Shown: positions 19,711 through 29,551, counted from the stretch's first letter. The stretch is 47,701 nt of DNA from Desulfobacterales bacterium (GCA_050124355.1 JASFFJ010000001.1:1-47701), one strand, 5' to 3'. Translations and numbers: made by a program. The notes: generated from the letters alone by a model not told the origin.

Positions 19711-20712
19711 ATGAAACCCCAAGTCAACCATAACAATTCGTCTCTTTTGCACATTGACGATTTGCACGTACATTTTCCCATCCGTGAAGGCCTTTTGATG
19801 CAGCACCATGCGACGGTTAAGGCTGTAAACGGTCTCGGTTTTGAATTAAGCCGCGGTGATGTATTCGGACTGGTGGGCGAATCAGGCTGCGGCAAAACCA
19901 CCCTGGGCCGCGCCGTGGTGGGGCTAGCACCCGTTACCTCGGGCCAAATATATTTTAACCGTCACAGCATCGTCGGGTTAAGCGGACGAGAAGCCTACGA
20001 GCGGGCGCGTCATATTCAATTGATCTTTCAGGATCCATACGCCTCCCTGCATCCCCGTAAGACTGTCAGCGATCTGGTGGGAGTGGGTCTCAAACTGCAC
20101 CATCTGGCCACCGGATACGAAATTGATGAAAAGGTATTGGCCATGCTGAAGCGTGTCGGCTTCAGCCTCGAGCACATGTATCGATATGCCCACGAATTTT
20201 CCGGTGGACAGCGCCAGCGCATAGCCCTGGCTCGGGCACTTGTCCTGCACCCCCAATTGCTAATTTTAGACGAACCCACTTCTGCGCTGGATGTTTCCGT
20301 TCAGGCTCAAATTCTCAATCTGCTCAAAGAACTTCAACGTGAATTCAACCTGACCTATCTGTTTATATCCCACGATCTAGGGGTGGTTCGCTATATGAGC
20401 AATCGCATCGGTGTCATGTATTTGGGAAGTATGGTGGAAACGGGATTGACCCATAATGTTTTCCGACAGTCCCAACACCCCTACACCCGTGTTTTGCTGT
20501 CTTCCTTGCCCTCTCTCGATCCGGACAAACCCCACACCGGGATTTTACTTGAGGGGGATCCGCCAACGCCCATCGATCCGCCTCCCGGCTGCCCATTCGC
20601 ACCGAGATGTCCGGAAGCCCAAGGCCGGTGCAGGACGGACAAACCCCAGCTGATACGGCATGGTGATGACCCCTCCCATCTGGCGGCCTGTCATTTTCCG
20701 CATTTATCCTGA
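19711..20712 (+). CDS. Peptide ABC transporter ATP-binding protein (DppF-like)
   Basis: GESGCGKT, FSGGQRQR, LDEPT, PPGCPFAPRC. Confidence 0.93.
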   Translation: MKPQVNHNNSSLLHIDDLHVHFPIREGLLMQHHATVKAVNGLGFELSRGDVFGLVGESGCGKTTLGRAVVGLAPVTSGQIYFNRHSIVGLSGREAYERARHIQLIFQDPYASLHPRKTVSDLVGVGLKLHHLATGYEIDEKVLAMLKRVGFSLEHMYRYAHEFSGGQRQRIALARALVLHPQLLILDEPTSALDVSVQAQILNLLKELQREFNLTYLFISHDLGVVRYMSNRIGVMYLGSMVETGLTHNVFRQSQHPYTRVLLSSLPSLDPDKPHTGILLEGDPPTPIDPPPGCPFAPRCPEAQGRCRTDKPQLIRHGDDPSHLAACHFPHLS

Positions 20713-20833
20713 GCCGGACAAGTAGGAATCAAAAATTCAATTTTTTAAGGTGTGGTCTTTCCCAGGCAATCAATTCCGGTTTTTTTCTTGACGATGCCAC
20801 ACAGGGTAAAGTATTCTTAATTCCTTAACTGGG

Positions 20834-21919
20834 GTGGTACGTTTAGGCAAGTCATTCTCCGGTGAAATCGCTGTCAAAAATGCCATCAAACGACAGGAGG
20901 TTTTCCATGCCCATGAAGCATCCTGCAGATCAATGGGGAAACAGACGACTTTTAAAGTGAAACGAAACCATTCAGGTATTTTTCAGCGGCTGATGGGCCG
21001 GATTGCAGCCGGCATCGCCTGCCTATTGCTAGCGCTTTTTGTGTTTTATTCCCACCGCCATGCCGCATTGTCGCTGTTGTCTGATCTCAAAGCCGGTCCA
21101 ACCGTGTTTCGGACAAAAATAACGGAAGAAATTTTCATTGCCCAAAATTTTTTTCGTGGAAAAATTCCGGTTTTTGATCCGTCGGTAAATCCTCCCCCAA
21201 AAATAGAGAGCCAGCCACCGGTTGAGAAAATAGCAATACCGACGCAACCATTCGACCTACCGCTTGAACAAAAAGAACCCATCCAGGAACCCGAACTTGC
21301 TTTGCCATTAGAAATTCAATTAAAAATTGAGACGATACCACCGCTGACATCAGCAGTGCCGAATCAATCAGCGGATCTATCATCTGAAAAAATCGATCCG
21401 CCGCAGGAAATCGGCCCTTACCCACCCTCAGAACCTCACACAAATATTGAGATGGCATTGCCAGTAAAAGAACCATCCGTATCTTCTCAGCCGAACTTTG
21501 CACCGTCCGAACAGATACAACTGCCGGATAAAGCCGGCCCCCGTCAGGCAGAAGTACGCCCGCAGCCGGTTAAGGATGACGTTGTTGAAAAAACTCAAGA
21601 AAGGATAATTCACAGTGAGAAGTGGCTTTTATCCCAAGTGTCTTCCTATTATACGATCCAGCTAATGGGTGTGCACAAGGAAACGCTGTTGTTTGATTTT
21701 GTCGAAAAAAATCAATTGCTGGAACAAAATGAGATTGCTTTTTATCAAACCACCTTTAAAAACAAACCGTGGTTCCAGTTGCTTTATGGCGTCTATGCTA
21801 CCAAAAAAGCTGCCCAGGCGGCGGCTGATAATTTACCCCTCAAAATCCGCAAGTCACCGCCCTGGATCCGCAGGCTGTCTGCAGTCCAAAAGACGGTACG
21901 AAGCAAAATGTCGCCATAG
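20834..21919 (+). CDS. DamX-like SPOR domain protein (start uncertain; in-frame ATG at 20933)
   Basis: TM helix, Pro-rich linker, C-terminal YTIQL...WFQLLYGVYATKKAA...PWIRRLSAVQ. Confidence 0.8.
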   Translation: MVRLGKSFSGEIAVKNAIKRQEVFHAHEASCRSMGKQTTFKVKRNHSGIFQRLMGRIAAGIACLLLALFVFYSHRHAALSLLSDLKAGPTVFRTKITEEIFIAQNFFRGKIPVFDPSVNPPPKIESQPPVEKIAIPTQPFDLPLEQKEPIQEPELALPLEIQLKIETIPPLTSAVPNQSADLSSEKIDPPQEIGPYPPSEPHTNIEMALPVKEPSVSSQPNFAPSEQIQLPDKAGPRQAEVRPQPVKDDVVEKTQERIIHSEKWLLSQVSSYYTIQLMGVHKETLLFDFVEKNQLLEQNEIAFYQTTFKNKPWFQLLYGVYATKKAAQAAADNLPLKIRKSPPWIRRLSAVQKTVRSKMSP

Positions 21920-22119
21920 GGCTTTCGGTCTCCGGCGGATTGGAGGTTTGACATCGTCGCATCCGCGAATTGATGGGCTTCGTTTGTGTTTTGCTCGTCT
22001 GCAGCTGAGTCTTGCTATGGGATATTGCTTGATCTCTAATTTTAAAGGATGTATGCGTGAGTGCTGCCCGAATGTGTAGGGAAAAGAATCCGATCACTAC
22101 CAATTAAAAGGGGGTCACA

Positions 22120-23241
22120 ATGAAGAATGCCGTCTGCCCGAATCTTTTTAAACCTATGAGCTTAAAGGGTTTGAGGTTAAAAAACCGAATTACCATGGCA
22201 CCGCTTTATCTGGGATATGCCGCTTCCGGTGGCACTGTATCTCCTCTGCTGCTGTATCACTACAAACTCATGGCCCAAAGCGGGGCCGCCATGATTGTGG
22301 TTGAAAATGCAAGCATCACACCTGGGGGCAGCGGTTCACCACGAACCATTCGTTGTGACCACAACCGGTATTTGCCCGGTCTTGAAAAGCTTGCGTCGGC
22401 GATCAAGGATCAAAAGAGCCGATCCTGTCTTCAGTTGAATCACGCCGGGCGTTTCGCCCATGTTCCTGATCCGGTGGCACCTTCAGCGGTGGCTGCATTT
22501 AAAAGAACCCCCCGGGCGCTTTTAAAGAAAGAGATTACGACGATCGCCCGGCAATTTGCCAATGCCGCGTTGAGAGCTAAAAATGCCGGTTTTGATCTTG
22601 TTGAACTACACGGCGGGACTGGATATCTCCTCTCTCAGTTTGTATCGCCGCGGACCAACAAGCGCACCGATGATTATGGCGGAGCGCTGTCAAACCGTAT
22701 GCGCTTTCCCTTAGAAGTATTGAAACGGGTTCAGGATAAGGTGAAGGATTTTCCGGTCGGGTATCGTTTCCTGACCGATGAGTGGCTGCCGGATGGTCTT
22801 CAGGTAAAAGAATCCGCTGTGCTGGCTCAGGCACTGGGAGAAAACGGCGTCGCCTACATCTCGACCATGGGCGGTACCTATGAATCGTTCTATCTGCCCG
22901 AGGTCGTCAAAAGATCTAAAAAACCGGGCTACATGGTGTCGCTGGCCGCCGCCGTCAAAAAAAACGTGAAAGTACCAGTGATTGCAGCCGGCAGAATCTC
23001 GACCCCTGCCAGAGCGGAATCCATTCTGCAAGCCAAGAAAGCGGATCTTGTCGGATTGGCACGCGTATTGTGGGTGGATCCGCAATGGCCACAAAAAGCG
23101 CGCAAAGGCCAGGATCGTGGGATATTATATTGCAGTCCCAAATGTGATGCCTGCATGCAACTGGTGATGCAGGGAAAGCCCGCCTTCTGTCCGAGATGGA
23201 GCAAGGAAAAGCGTGCTGCCTACCGTGAGCTGTTTCAATAA
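22120..23241 (+). CDS. NADH:flavin oxidoreductase (Old Yellow Enzyme family)
   Basis: LKNRITMAP, QLNHAGR, AGFDLVELHGGTGYLLSQF, NKRTDDYGG; C-terminal CSPKCDAC...C. Confidence 0.92.
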   Translation: MKNAVCPNLFKPMSLKGLRLKNRITMAPLYLGYAASGGTVSPLLLYHYKLMAQSGAAMIVVENASITPGGSGSPRTIRCDHNRYLPGLEKLASAIKDQKSRSCLQLNHAGRFAHVPDPVAPSAVAAFKRTPRALLKKEITTIARQFANAALRAKNAGFDLVELHGGTGYLLSQFVSPRTNKRTDDYGGALSNRMRFPLEVLKRVQDKVKDFPVGYRFLTDEWLPDGLQVKESAVLAQALGENGVAYISTMGGTYESFYLPEVVKRSKKPGYMVSLAAAVKKNVKVPVIAAGRISTPARAESILQAKKADLVGLARVLWVDPQWPQKARKGQDRGILYCSPKCDACMQLVMQGKPAFCPRWSKEKRAAYRELFQ

Positions 23242-23256
23242 TAACGAGACATTTAA

Positions 23257-24342
23257 ATGAGAAGATTTGTGTATTTAATTTTATGCCCGATCTTTTGGGT
23301 TTTCTTCCCAGGCCCCTTATTTGCATCCGATACTACCGTAAAGGTCGGCATATATGAAAACAAACCGAAAGTATTTGTAGATTCGGCCGGCGAACCCCAG
23401 GGGTTTTTTGTTGATATCCTGAACTACATCGCCTCGCAAGAAGGTTGGCAACTGGATTATGTTGCGTCTACCTGGGACAAAAACCTCGAAAAATTGGAGA
23501 AAGCAGAAATCGAGTTTGATTTGGCAAAAAACCTGAAAATTATTCATGCAGACTCAGGATAGATTGAACAGATCATTTTGAATCTTGCGCTGAATGCTAG
23601 CCACGCCATGTCTGGCGAAGGAAAGATATCCATAGAAACCAGAAATATTGTGCTGGATAAAGATGTTCGGACAACCAATCGGGGAGCAGACAGGGGAGAG
23701 TATGTATTGCTGAAGATTACCGATACCGGACATGGCATCGAAAAAGAAGTTCAACATCGTATGTTCGAGCCTTTTTTCACCACCAAAGAGCCGGGGAAAG
23801 GAACCGGCCTTGGATTATCTATGGTTTACAGTATTGTAAAAAACCATCATGGTCACATTGAATGCGATAGTGCGCCGGGAGCTGGTACCCGTTTCAATAT
23901 TTATTTTCCGGCCTCGACATCGGCAAATGCACTGAAAGATGAAATCTCCACAAAAAAAGAAAAATTAGCCACCGGAAATGAAACCATCCTTGTGATTGAA
24001 GACGATGAATCAGTTTTGGATGCTTTAAAAAGAATGCTGGAGCATTTTGGATACGCCATTATCACCGCTTCGAATGGAGAAAAAGCAATTGAAATCTACC
24101 TGGCAGAACAAGATCGTATCGATTTGGTGATAATCTCCTTAAACATGCCCGGGATGGGAGGGCGTAGGTGCCTGGAAAGAATGCTTGAGATCAAGCCTGA
24201 CCTAAAAACGATTGTTACCAGCGGTTATTCATCGGCTGCATCTGTTGAAGATATTCATAAAAGCGGTACTTCCGTATTTATTGAAAAACCCTATCAGCTA
24301 GAGAATCTGCTCAGGGCAATCAGGGAAGTTGTGGATGGATAG
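23257..24342 (+). pseudogene. Hybrid sensor histidine kinase remnant (periplasmic SBP start fused to HATPase-receiver)
   Basis: Track ORFs 23257-23562 and 23578-24342 are one frame split by TAG in ADSG*IEQIILNL. HisKA/H-box and TM segments are absent; the receiver reads IISLNMP where LDLNMP is expected. Confidence 0.8.
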
Positions 24343-24402
24343 TCATCTTTACCCTCAGGTTGCAACATTGGGGTTTAGACAGGGATAGGTAAAGCGTCTC
24401 AA

Positions 24403-25476
24403 TTATTTTTCAAGCAGCTGTTTTTGAATTTCAGTTTCGGCCCATTTGTTATCATTTTTGCGAACCCCCTCCTGGTAAAGATCCGTAATCAACGCAGCGT
24501 GTTGTTTGGCCGTTTTGTGACCGCTAACAACTGCCTGGTCGATAGCCATCCAGTCACCTGTTTGGGTAAATTCTTGAAATGACGTCAAAAGTTCCGGGAA
24601 AAACTCCTTCGCCAATCCATCCAAAAAGGCTGCATAAAACGCTAGCGAGGCGGTCTTTCTTTCCCTTATGATATGCTGAAGTGTTCCGAATTTATTGGTG
24701 TCGGCCAGGAGGTCTTTTACGGCCCGCGCCAGGTATTCCACCGGTGAATAGGGGAATGCAGCAATGATTTCCCGCCAGATTTTGCGATCAAAGTCGGTAT
24801 CATGTAATTCGCCGATCTCATGGTATATGTAATTGTCTTTTAAGACTGCCAGAATTTCCGTCAAATGGGGCTGTAATGCTTTGGGCTCCTGGTTAATTAA
24901 TCCACAGCTATCCAGGGCAAATTTGAGTGCCGGCCGTGCTGATTTTTTTATGTAAAGAATGCTGTCCCAGAGAAAAAGTGTGGCGGATTCCTGGCGCAAG
25001 AGCACGCAGTCGTCCTGAGTCAGGGCTGGAATGGTCAAAAGATCGCGGGCCAGCTCACGGCCGAGGGCGTAGACGATGTTGCCGTTATAGTTTGTTTTCT
25101 CGGTAATTTCCGTCAGGAAAAACGTCGGTTTGAGACTGCGGGCGTAGCCGGCGCCGTAAAACACTTGATGCGGCTCCAGGATGGAATTGATCCCGATGGT
25201 ATCAAAAGGATCGAATTGCTCCCCATTAATGGATAGTTCTTTAAACCCATCTTCGGGATAGTCTTCCCATTTATTTTCTTTAGCCTCGATCCACTCCAGG
25301 ACTTTGGCGGAGTCGCCTTCTTCCCAGACCGGCAGATCCTTTTCCCACTTGTAAAGATCTCGCAAGCGCAGTGCCAGACCGCAGATCGAAAACATGCCCG
25401 CGTGATAGGCGTCGGAGGTGTCGCAATTATGAAGAACTTGACGGGTTATATCATTTATATTGATCATTGGTTTCAT
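24403..25476 (-). CDS. Sfum_1244-like conserved protein
   Basis: QVLHNCDTSDA..AGMFSICGLALRLRDLYKWE, FDPFD, KPTFFL, HEIGE; start uncertain (track gives 25497). Confidence 0.7.
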   Translation of the reverse strand: MKPMININDITRQVLHNCDTSDAYHAGMFSICGLALRLRDLYKWEKDLPVWEEGDSAKVLEWIEAKENKWEDYPEDGFKELSINGEQFDPFDTIGINSILEPHQVFYGAGYARSLKPTFFLTEITEKTNYNGNIVYALGRELARDLLTIPALTQDDCVLLRQESATLFLWDSILYIKKSARPALKFALDSCGLINQEPKALQPHLTEILAVLKDNYIYHEIGELHDTDFDRKIWREIIAAFPYSPVEYLARAVKDLLADTNKFGTLQHIIRERKTASLAFYAAFLDGLAKEFFPELLTSFQEFTQTGDWMAIDQAVVSGHKTAKQHAALITDLYQEGVRKNDNKWAETEIQKQLLEK

Positions 25477-25611
25477 AACCTTTTTTTCTCTCACCAATGT
25501 TATAGACCACTTGTCCGTCAGAGTTTGGTATTACACCAAAGGTAAGTTACAACAAAGGTAAGGCTAAAATACAAATCTGTAAACAATAAATTCGAATCAA
25601 CGCCAATAAAC

Positions 25612-26648
25612 GGGGTCAAAGCTTGAATAGTGAATAATTATTGACAAAAATCCAATGCATTGATATGGGAGTTTTATGAGCAGACCGTGGCGTATTGAAT
25701 ACAAAGGTGCATTATACCACCTGCTATCGCGTGGCAATGAACATAACGACATTTTTGTCGACGATAAGGATCGCAGCAATTTCTTATACACGGTCGGGGA
25801 AATGTCGCAACGGTTCGATATCGACATTTTCGCTTATGTATTGATGAATAACCATTACCACATTTTGGCCAGAACCAGGCGAGCCAATTTGAAAAAGGCC
25901 ATGCAATGGTTCGGCACTACCTACACCCAGCGCTTCAATCGGAGACATTCCCGCAGCGGACATTTATTCCAGGGGCGTTACAAGAGCATTATCGTACAAA
26001 ATGACGCCTACCTGCTGCAGCTTTCTTACTATATCCATCGCAATCCACTCAGAGCAGGCATTGTCCGTCGTTTAGCCGACTATCGTTGGAGTAGCTATAA
26101 GGTATATGCATATGGTCGCCAGACACCCAAGTGGTTGTCGACCGATTTGATACGAGCTCATTTTAGGGGCGATCAAGATCGCAATAAGAGCTATCGCGAA
26201 AAAGCTCAAAAATATGCGGTTGAGGAAAAACATCTATTTGAAGATTTACGGCATGGGTTAATTCTGGGGTCAAAGCATTTTGTTGAAAAAATTCGTAAAA
26301 TATATTTACCATCGAAGCCAGAAGGGTCAATACCCCAGCAAAAACAGGTCGCAAACACCTTCGACCCGCAAACTTATTTAAGCAAGGCTGAACGGATTCT
26401 CAAATGTGACGTCGAGCGCTTTGTACAGGCAGGAAGGCTTTCAGGCGCTGAAAAAAACAACCGTGATCTATTGCTGTATTGTATCTGGACAACCGGTCAT
26501 CTAAATAATGAGCAAATCGGTGAACTATTTGGATTGAGTTATTCAGGAGTCAGTCACGCAGTAAAATCGCTGAAATCCAAATTAGCAAAGGATTACGAGT
26601 TGCAGACGAAATTAGATCAACTTAATTCACTATTCAAGCTTTGACCCC
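25612..26648 (+). mobile_element. HUH/RAYT-transposase element bounded by perfect 24-bp inverted repeats
   Basis: GGGGTCAAAGCTTGAATAGTGAAT (25612-25635) and ATTCACTATTCAAGCTTTGACCCC (26625-26648); no target duplication seen. Confidence 0.85.
25676..26644 (+). CDS. REP-associated tyrosine transposase-like HUH (Y1) protein with C-terminal HTH
   Basis: YHLLSRG, LMNNHYH (HUH), GHLFQGRYKS, YIHRNPLRAG, YRWSSY; C-terminal EQIGELFGLSYSGVSHAV HTH. Confidence 0.9.
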   Translation: MSRPWRIEYKGALYHLLSRGNEHNDIFVDDKDRSNFLYTVGEMSQRFDIDIFAYVLMNNHYHILARTRRANLKKAMQWFGTTYTQRFNRRHSRSGHLFQGRYKSIIVQNDAYLLQLSYYIHRNPLRAGIVRRLADYRWSSYKVYAYGRQTPKWLSTDLIRAHFRGDQDRNKSYREKAQKYAVEEKHLFEDLRHGLILGSKHFVEKIRKIYLPSKPEGSIPQQKQVANTFDPQTYLSKAERILKCDVERFVQAGRLSGAEKNNRDLLLYCIWTTGHLNNEQIGELFGLSYSGVSHAVKSLKSKLAKDYELQTKLDQLNSLFKL

Positions 26649-26681
26649 TTGCCGTTCGGACGAACAGAAAAAAAGAATCCC

Positions 26682-27926
26682 TTAATTCTGCACCAGGCCA
26701 TACAGCCGGCCCACCACAAATAAAACCCAGCTTGAGATCAATCCGGCGCCGGCAAGGTTCATGATAAATCCGACAACCAGCATTTTTGAAAACGAGACAT
26801 CCTTGACGCCACCAAAGGCCAAACCGTTTACACCCGTTGCGATAGGGCTCATAAAGGCACTGGTGCAGGAAAGCGTGACGATGATCAGTATTTCCAAGGC
26901 GGAATAACCCAAGGTCTGCGCCAGGGGAAGGGCCATTACAAAAAAACTGAGCTGAACAGCCGTATTGCTGAGTATCTCTGTAGAAAAGGAGGTCGTCAGG
27001 GCAATCAAAAAAAACAATGCCAACACGGATAAGTCGGTCGAAACAATTGAAGCAGCCCAGCCCGCAAAGAATTCGTGGATCCCAAAAGCATACAAAATCG
27101 CTGCCAGCACGACCGCAATCCCAACAAAAATAAACCCCCTGGTGGGTAGCTCATTATAACAGTCCGCCAGGGTTAATAAAACCTGCTTGGAATCCGTCTG
27201 AGAGTCAACCTTCACAGGTAAAAAGAAGAGAATCAAAACAAACAGCAAGGTCAGGAGACCCGAAAAAAATAATATCAAGACTGTTTGGTCCGGAAAAGAC
27301 ATCATTAACAAAGATAAAACAAAGGATGACAAAAAATAAAATACCGTCATCCATACCGTAATCTTCTGAAAATGGTGGAACGTTTTTCCGGCGTCAAACG
27401 GTAGCTGAATATTGCGCTGTTGATGTCTCCAGGGCCGCAGCACCGCGGATATTATCAACCCGGCGATACATACAAAAACTATGACCAGGGGGACGCCCCA
27501 GACAAGCCATGATGCAAACGACAATTGTTGAATTCCGGGAACGTCATTCAAGACGGCATAGGTGATCAGTATACCGTTTGCCGGCGTGGCCGTAATCGAC
27601 CCCATACCGCCGATGTTCGCTCCATAAATGGTCGAGAGGGCCAGCATGGTGGCGATATTTTTGGAGGGGCCGTTGGATTCTTCGTAAGACCGTCGCAGCA
27701 GCTCCAAAAGTGGGAGAAGGGTCAAGACAGTGATGGCATTGGGAATAAAAAACGACAAAACCGCCGAGATGGCAATAAGATAGAACAGAATTTTGGTTAT
27801 CGAAAGATGCCGTTTACCGATAAACCAAAAAACGATTCGATGGGGAAGTCTGGCTTTTATCATCAGGCGTGAGACCGCAAAGCCACTGATGAAGAAAAAT
27901 ATTAGCTGAATTTTATCCATCGTCAA
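26682..27926 (-). CDS. SLC13/DASS family anion permease
   Basis: YGANIGGMGSITATPAN, TEILSNTA, SAFMSPIATGVN. Confidence 0.85.
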   Translation of the reverse strand: MTMDKIQLIFFFISGFAVSRLMIKARLPHRIVFWFIGKRHLSITKILFYLIAISAVLSFFIPNAITVLTLLPLLELLRRSYEESNGPSKNIATMLALSTIYGANIGGMGSITATPANGILITYAVLNDVPGIQQLSFASWLVWGVPLVIVFVCIAGLIISAVLRPWRHQQRNIQLPFDAGKTFHHFQKITVWMTVFYFLSSFVLSLLMMSFPDQTVLILFFSGLLTLLFVLILFFLPVKVDSQTDSKQVLLTLADCYNELPTRGFIFVGIAVVLAAILYAFGIHEFFAGWAASIVSTDLSVLALFFLIALTTSFSTEILSNTAVQLSFFVMALPLAQTLGYSALEILIIVTLSCTSAFMSPIATGVNGLAFGGVKDVSFSKMLVVGFIMNLAGAGLISSWVLFVVGRLYGLVQN

Positions 27927-29304
27927 TATTGCTTCTTAGGTTGCCGCGAAACATCGAAAACAGGACGCCAACAGTGCACAGTGATGAAAAAATCAGAAAA
28001 GCCGTGCGCACACTCTTCAGAAATTGGTCGTAATTCGCAGGCGCAATCGGCTCCCGACCAATAAAAATAGCAAATACCACCATGGTGATAGCCATGCTGG
28101 CCATTTGCCCCAGCAGACGCATGGTTGCCACCGTGCCGGAAGCAATGCCGAAATAGCGCCGTTCAACGGCGCTCATGATGGCATTCATGTTGGGTGATGA
28201 AAACAGTGAGAAGCCAAACCCGAGAAACGCCAGTGTTAAGACGATAACGACGGTGGAGGTGTCGGCTCTGATAAAGACAAAGGAGAAAAGCCCGATGGTC
28301 GTCATCATCATCCCTGCCGACGCAATCAGGCGTGGTTCAATTCTGTCAGAAAGTTTGCCCGCCAGTGGCGAAAAAACCGCCATCACGATCGGCTGGGCAA
28401 TCAGGATGGTTCCGGCATACTGGGGAGCGAAATTTTTGATATACTGCAGATAGAGGCTCAGCAGAAATGTAAGGGCGAATGTTGCCGAGTAGTTGATCAA
28501 GGCCGCCAGGCTGGAGAAGGTAAACAACCTATTTTGATTGAACAGCCTCACCTCAAACACCGGATAACGGACTCTCATTTCGAGCCGGATGAAAATCCCA
28601 AGACCTGCCAGACCAACAATGATGAGATAAACGGCAATGCTCCGGGGCAACAGCGACGTACCGTAGACCAGGGTTAAAATTGAAAAGCCGTACAGCACGC
28701 TGCCGGGGATATCCAGTTTGTCTCCCCTTGCGTCGGCCCACTCACCTTTTAAATATCTCAGGGTCGAAAAAATGGATAGCGCACCTATCGGTACAACAAC
28801 CGCAAATATGCTTTGCCAGCCAAGATATCGGACAAGGAAGCCACCGGCAAAGGGCCCGACAGACAGTCCGATATAGACAGCCGAAACATAAACGCCGATG
28901 GCCCTTCCCCGTTTGGCCGGTGCGAAGACCGACGTTAAGATGGCCATACCGGTGGTCACAAACATTGCCGAACCGAAGCCCTGTAGTATTCGCATGGTGA
29001 TAAGCATTTTCATCGAGAAGGAAAAAACTGCCAGAAACGATGACACTGTGTACAGAACCAGACCCCAGGTAAATATTTTTTTCCTTCCGTAAATATCGGC
29101 GACCTTACCGAAGGGGACCAGAAAAACGGCTATCGCCAGCAGATAAGAGGTTGCCACCCAGCTCAAAGCGACGGCGTCGGCGGAAAAATCCGCTTGGATG
29201 GCAGGCAGGGCAACATTTACAGAGGAGACGGTAAACGGTCCCATGAAGGACGTCAGAGTGGCGACCGTAAGGGCCGATTTTTCTAAAGACTTGTCAGCGG
29301 CCAA
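27913..29304 (-). CDS. MFS transporter (14-TM, DHA2/EmrB-QacA-like)
   Basis: VNVALPAI, GKVADIYGRKK, RILQGFG, GKLSDRIEPR; GGAGG RBS with TTG start. Confidence 0.92.
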   Translation of the reverse strand: MAADKSLEKSALTVATLTSFMGPFTVSSVNVALPAIQADFSADAVALSWVATSYLLAIAVFLVPFGKVADIYGRKKIFTWGLVLYTVSSFLAVFSFSMKMLITMRILQGFGSAMFVTTGMAILTSVFAPAKRGRAIGVYVSAVYIGLSVGPFAGGFLVRYLGWQSIFAVVVPIGALSIFSTLRYLKGEWADARGDKLDIPGSVLYGFSILTLVYGTSLLPRSIAVYLIIVGLAGLGIFIRLEMRVRYPVFEVRLFNQNRLFTFSSLAALINYSATFALTFLLSLYLQYIKNFAPQYAGTILIAQPIVMAVFSPLAGKLSDRIEPRLIASAGMMMTTIGLFSFVFIRADTSTVVIVLTLAFLGFGFSLFSSPNMNAIMSAVERRYFGIASGTVATMRLLGQMASMAITMVVFAIFIGREPIAPANYDQFLKSVRTAFLIFSSLCTVGVLFSMFRGNLRSNIDDG

Positions 29305-29353
29305 GTAAGAGTTCCTCCAGGTTTACCCCAGTGTTGCATAAACAACGTTGTTT

Positions 29354-29551
29354 ACCCTACGGGAAAGCCGGAGGACTTCAGATCCTGTGTTGTCAAGGGA
29401 TCAATGTAACCGACTACAATTTCAACCTTGGCGCCTTGGCTCTGAAGCCCCTCCGACTTTGGCAACTTTTAGGGTTACTCGCAAACTCGCAGCCCTGATG
29501 TAATCGTCAATAAGTCCTTTGTAAAGGAAAAAGATTCGGGCTGCGTGTTTG
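29354..29551 (-). other. Two consecutive long imperfect hairpins upstream of the MFS gene (structured leader or palindromic repeat)
   Basis: AAAGCCGGAGGACTTCAGA / TCTGAAGCCCCTCCGACTTT; ACCCTA / TAGGGT; CAAACTCGCAGCCC / GGGCTGCGTGTTTG. Confidence 0.55.

Noticed and set aside
23560-23562. In-frame TAG as a pyrrolysine or readthrough codon
   Set aside because: It lies at a normally Gln (CAG) position in a gene that also lacks the H-box and the receiver Asp, so nonsense decay is simpler.
29354-29551. 6S RNA, SRP RNA or a known riboswitch
   Set aside because: No diagnostic motif or typical gene context recognised; kept only as an unknown structured element.
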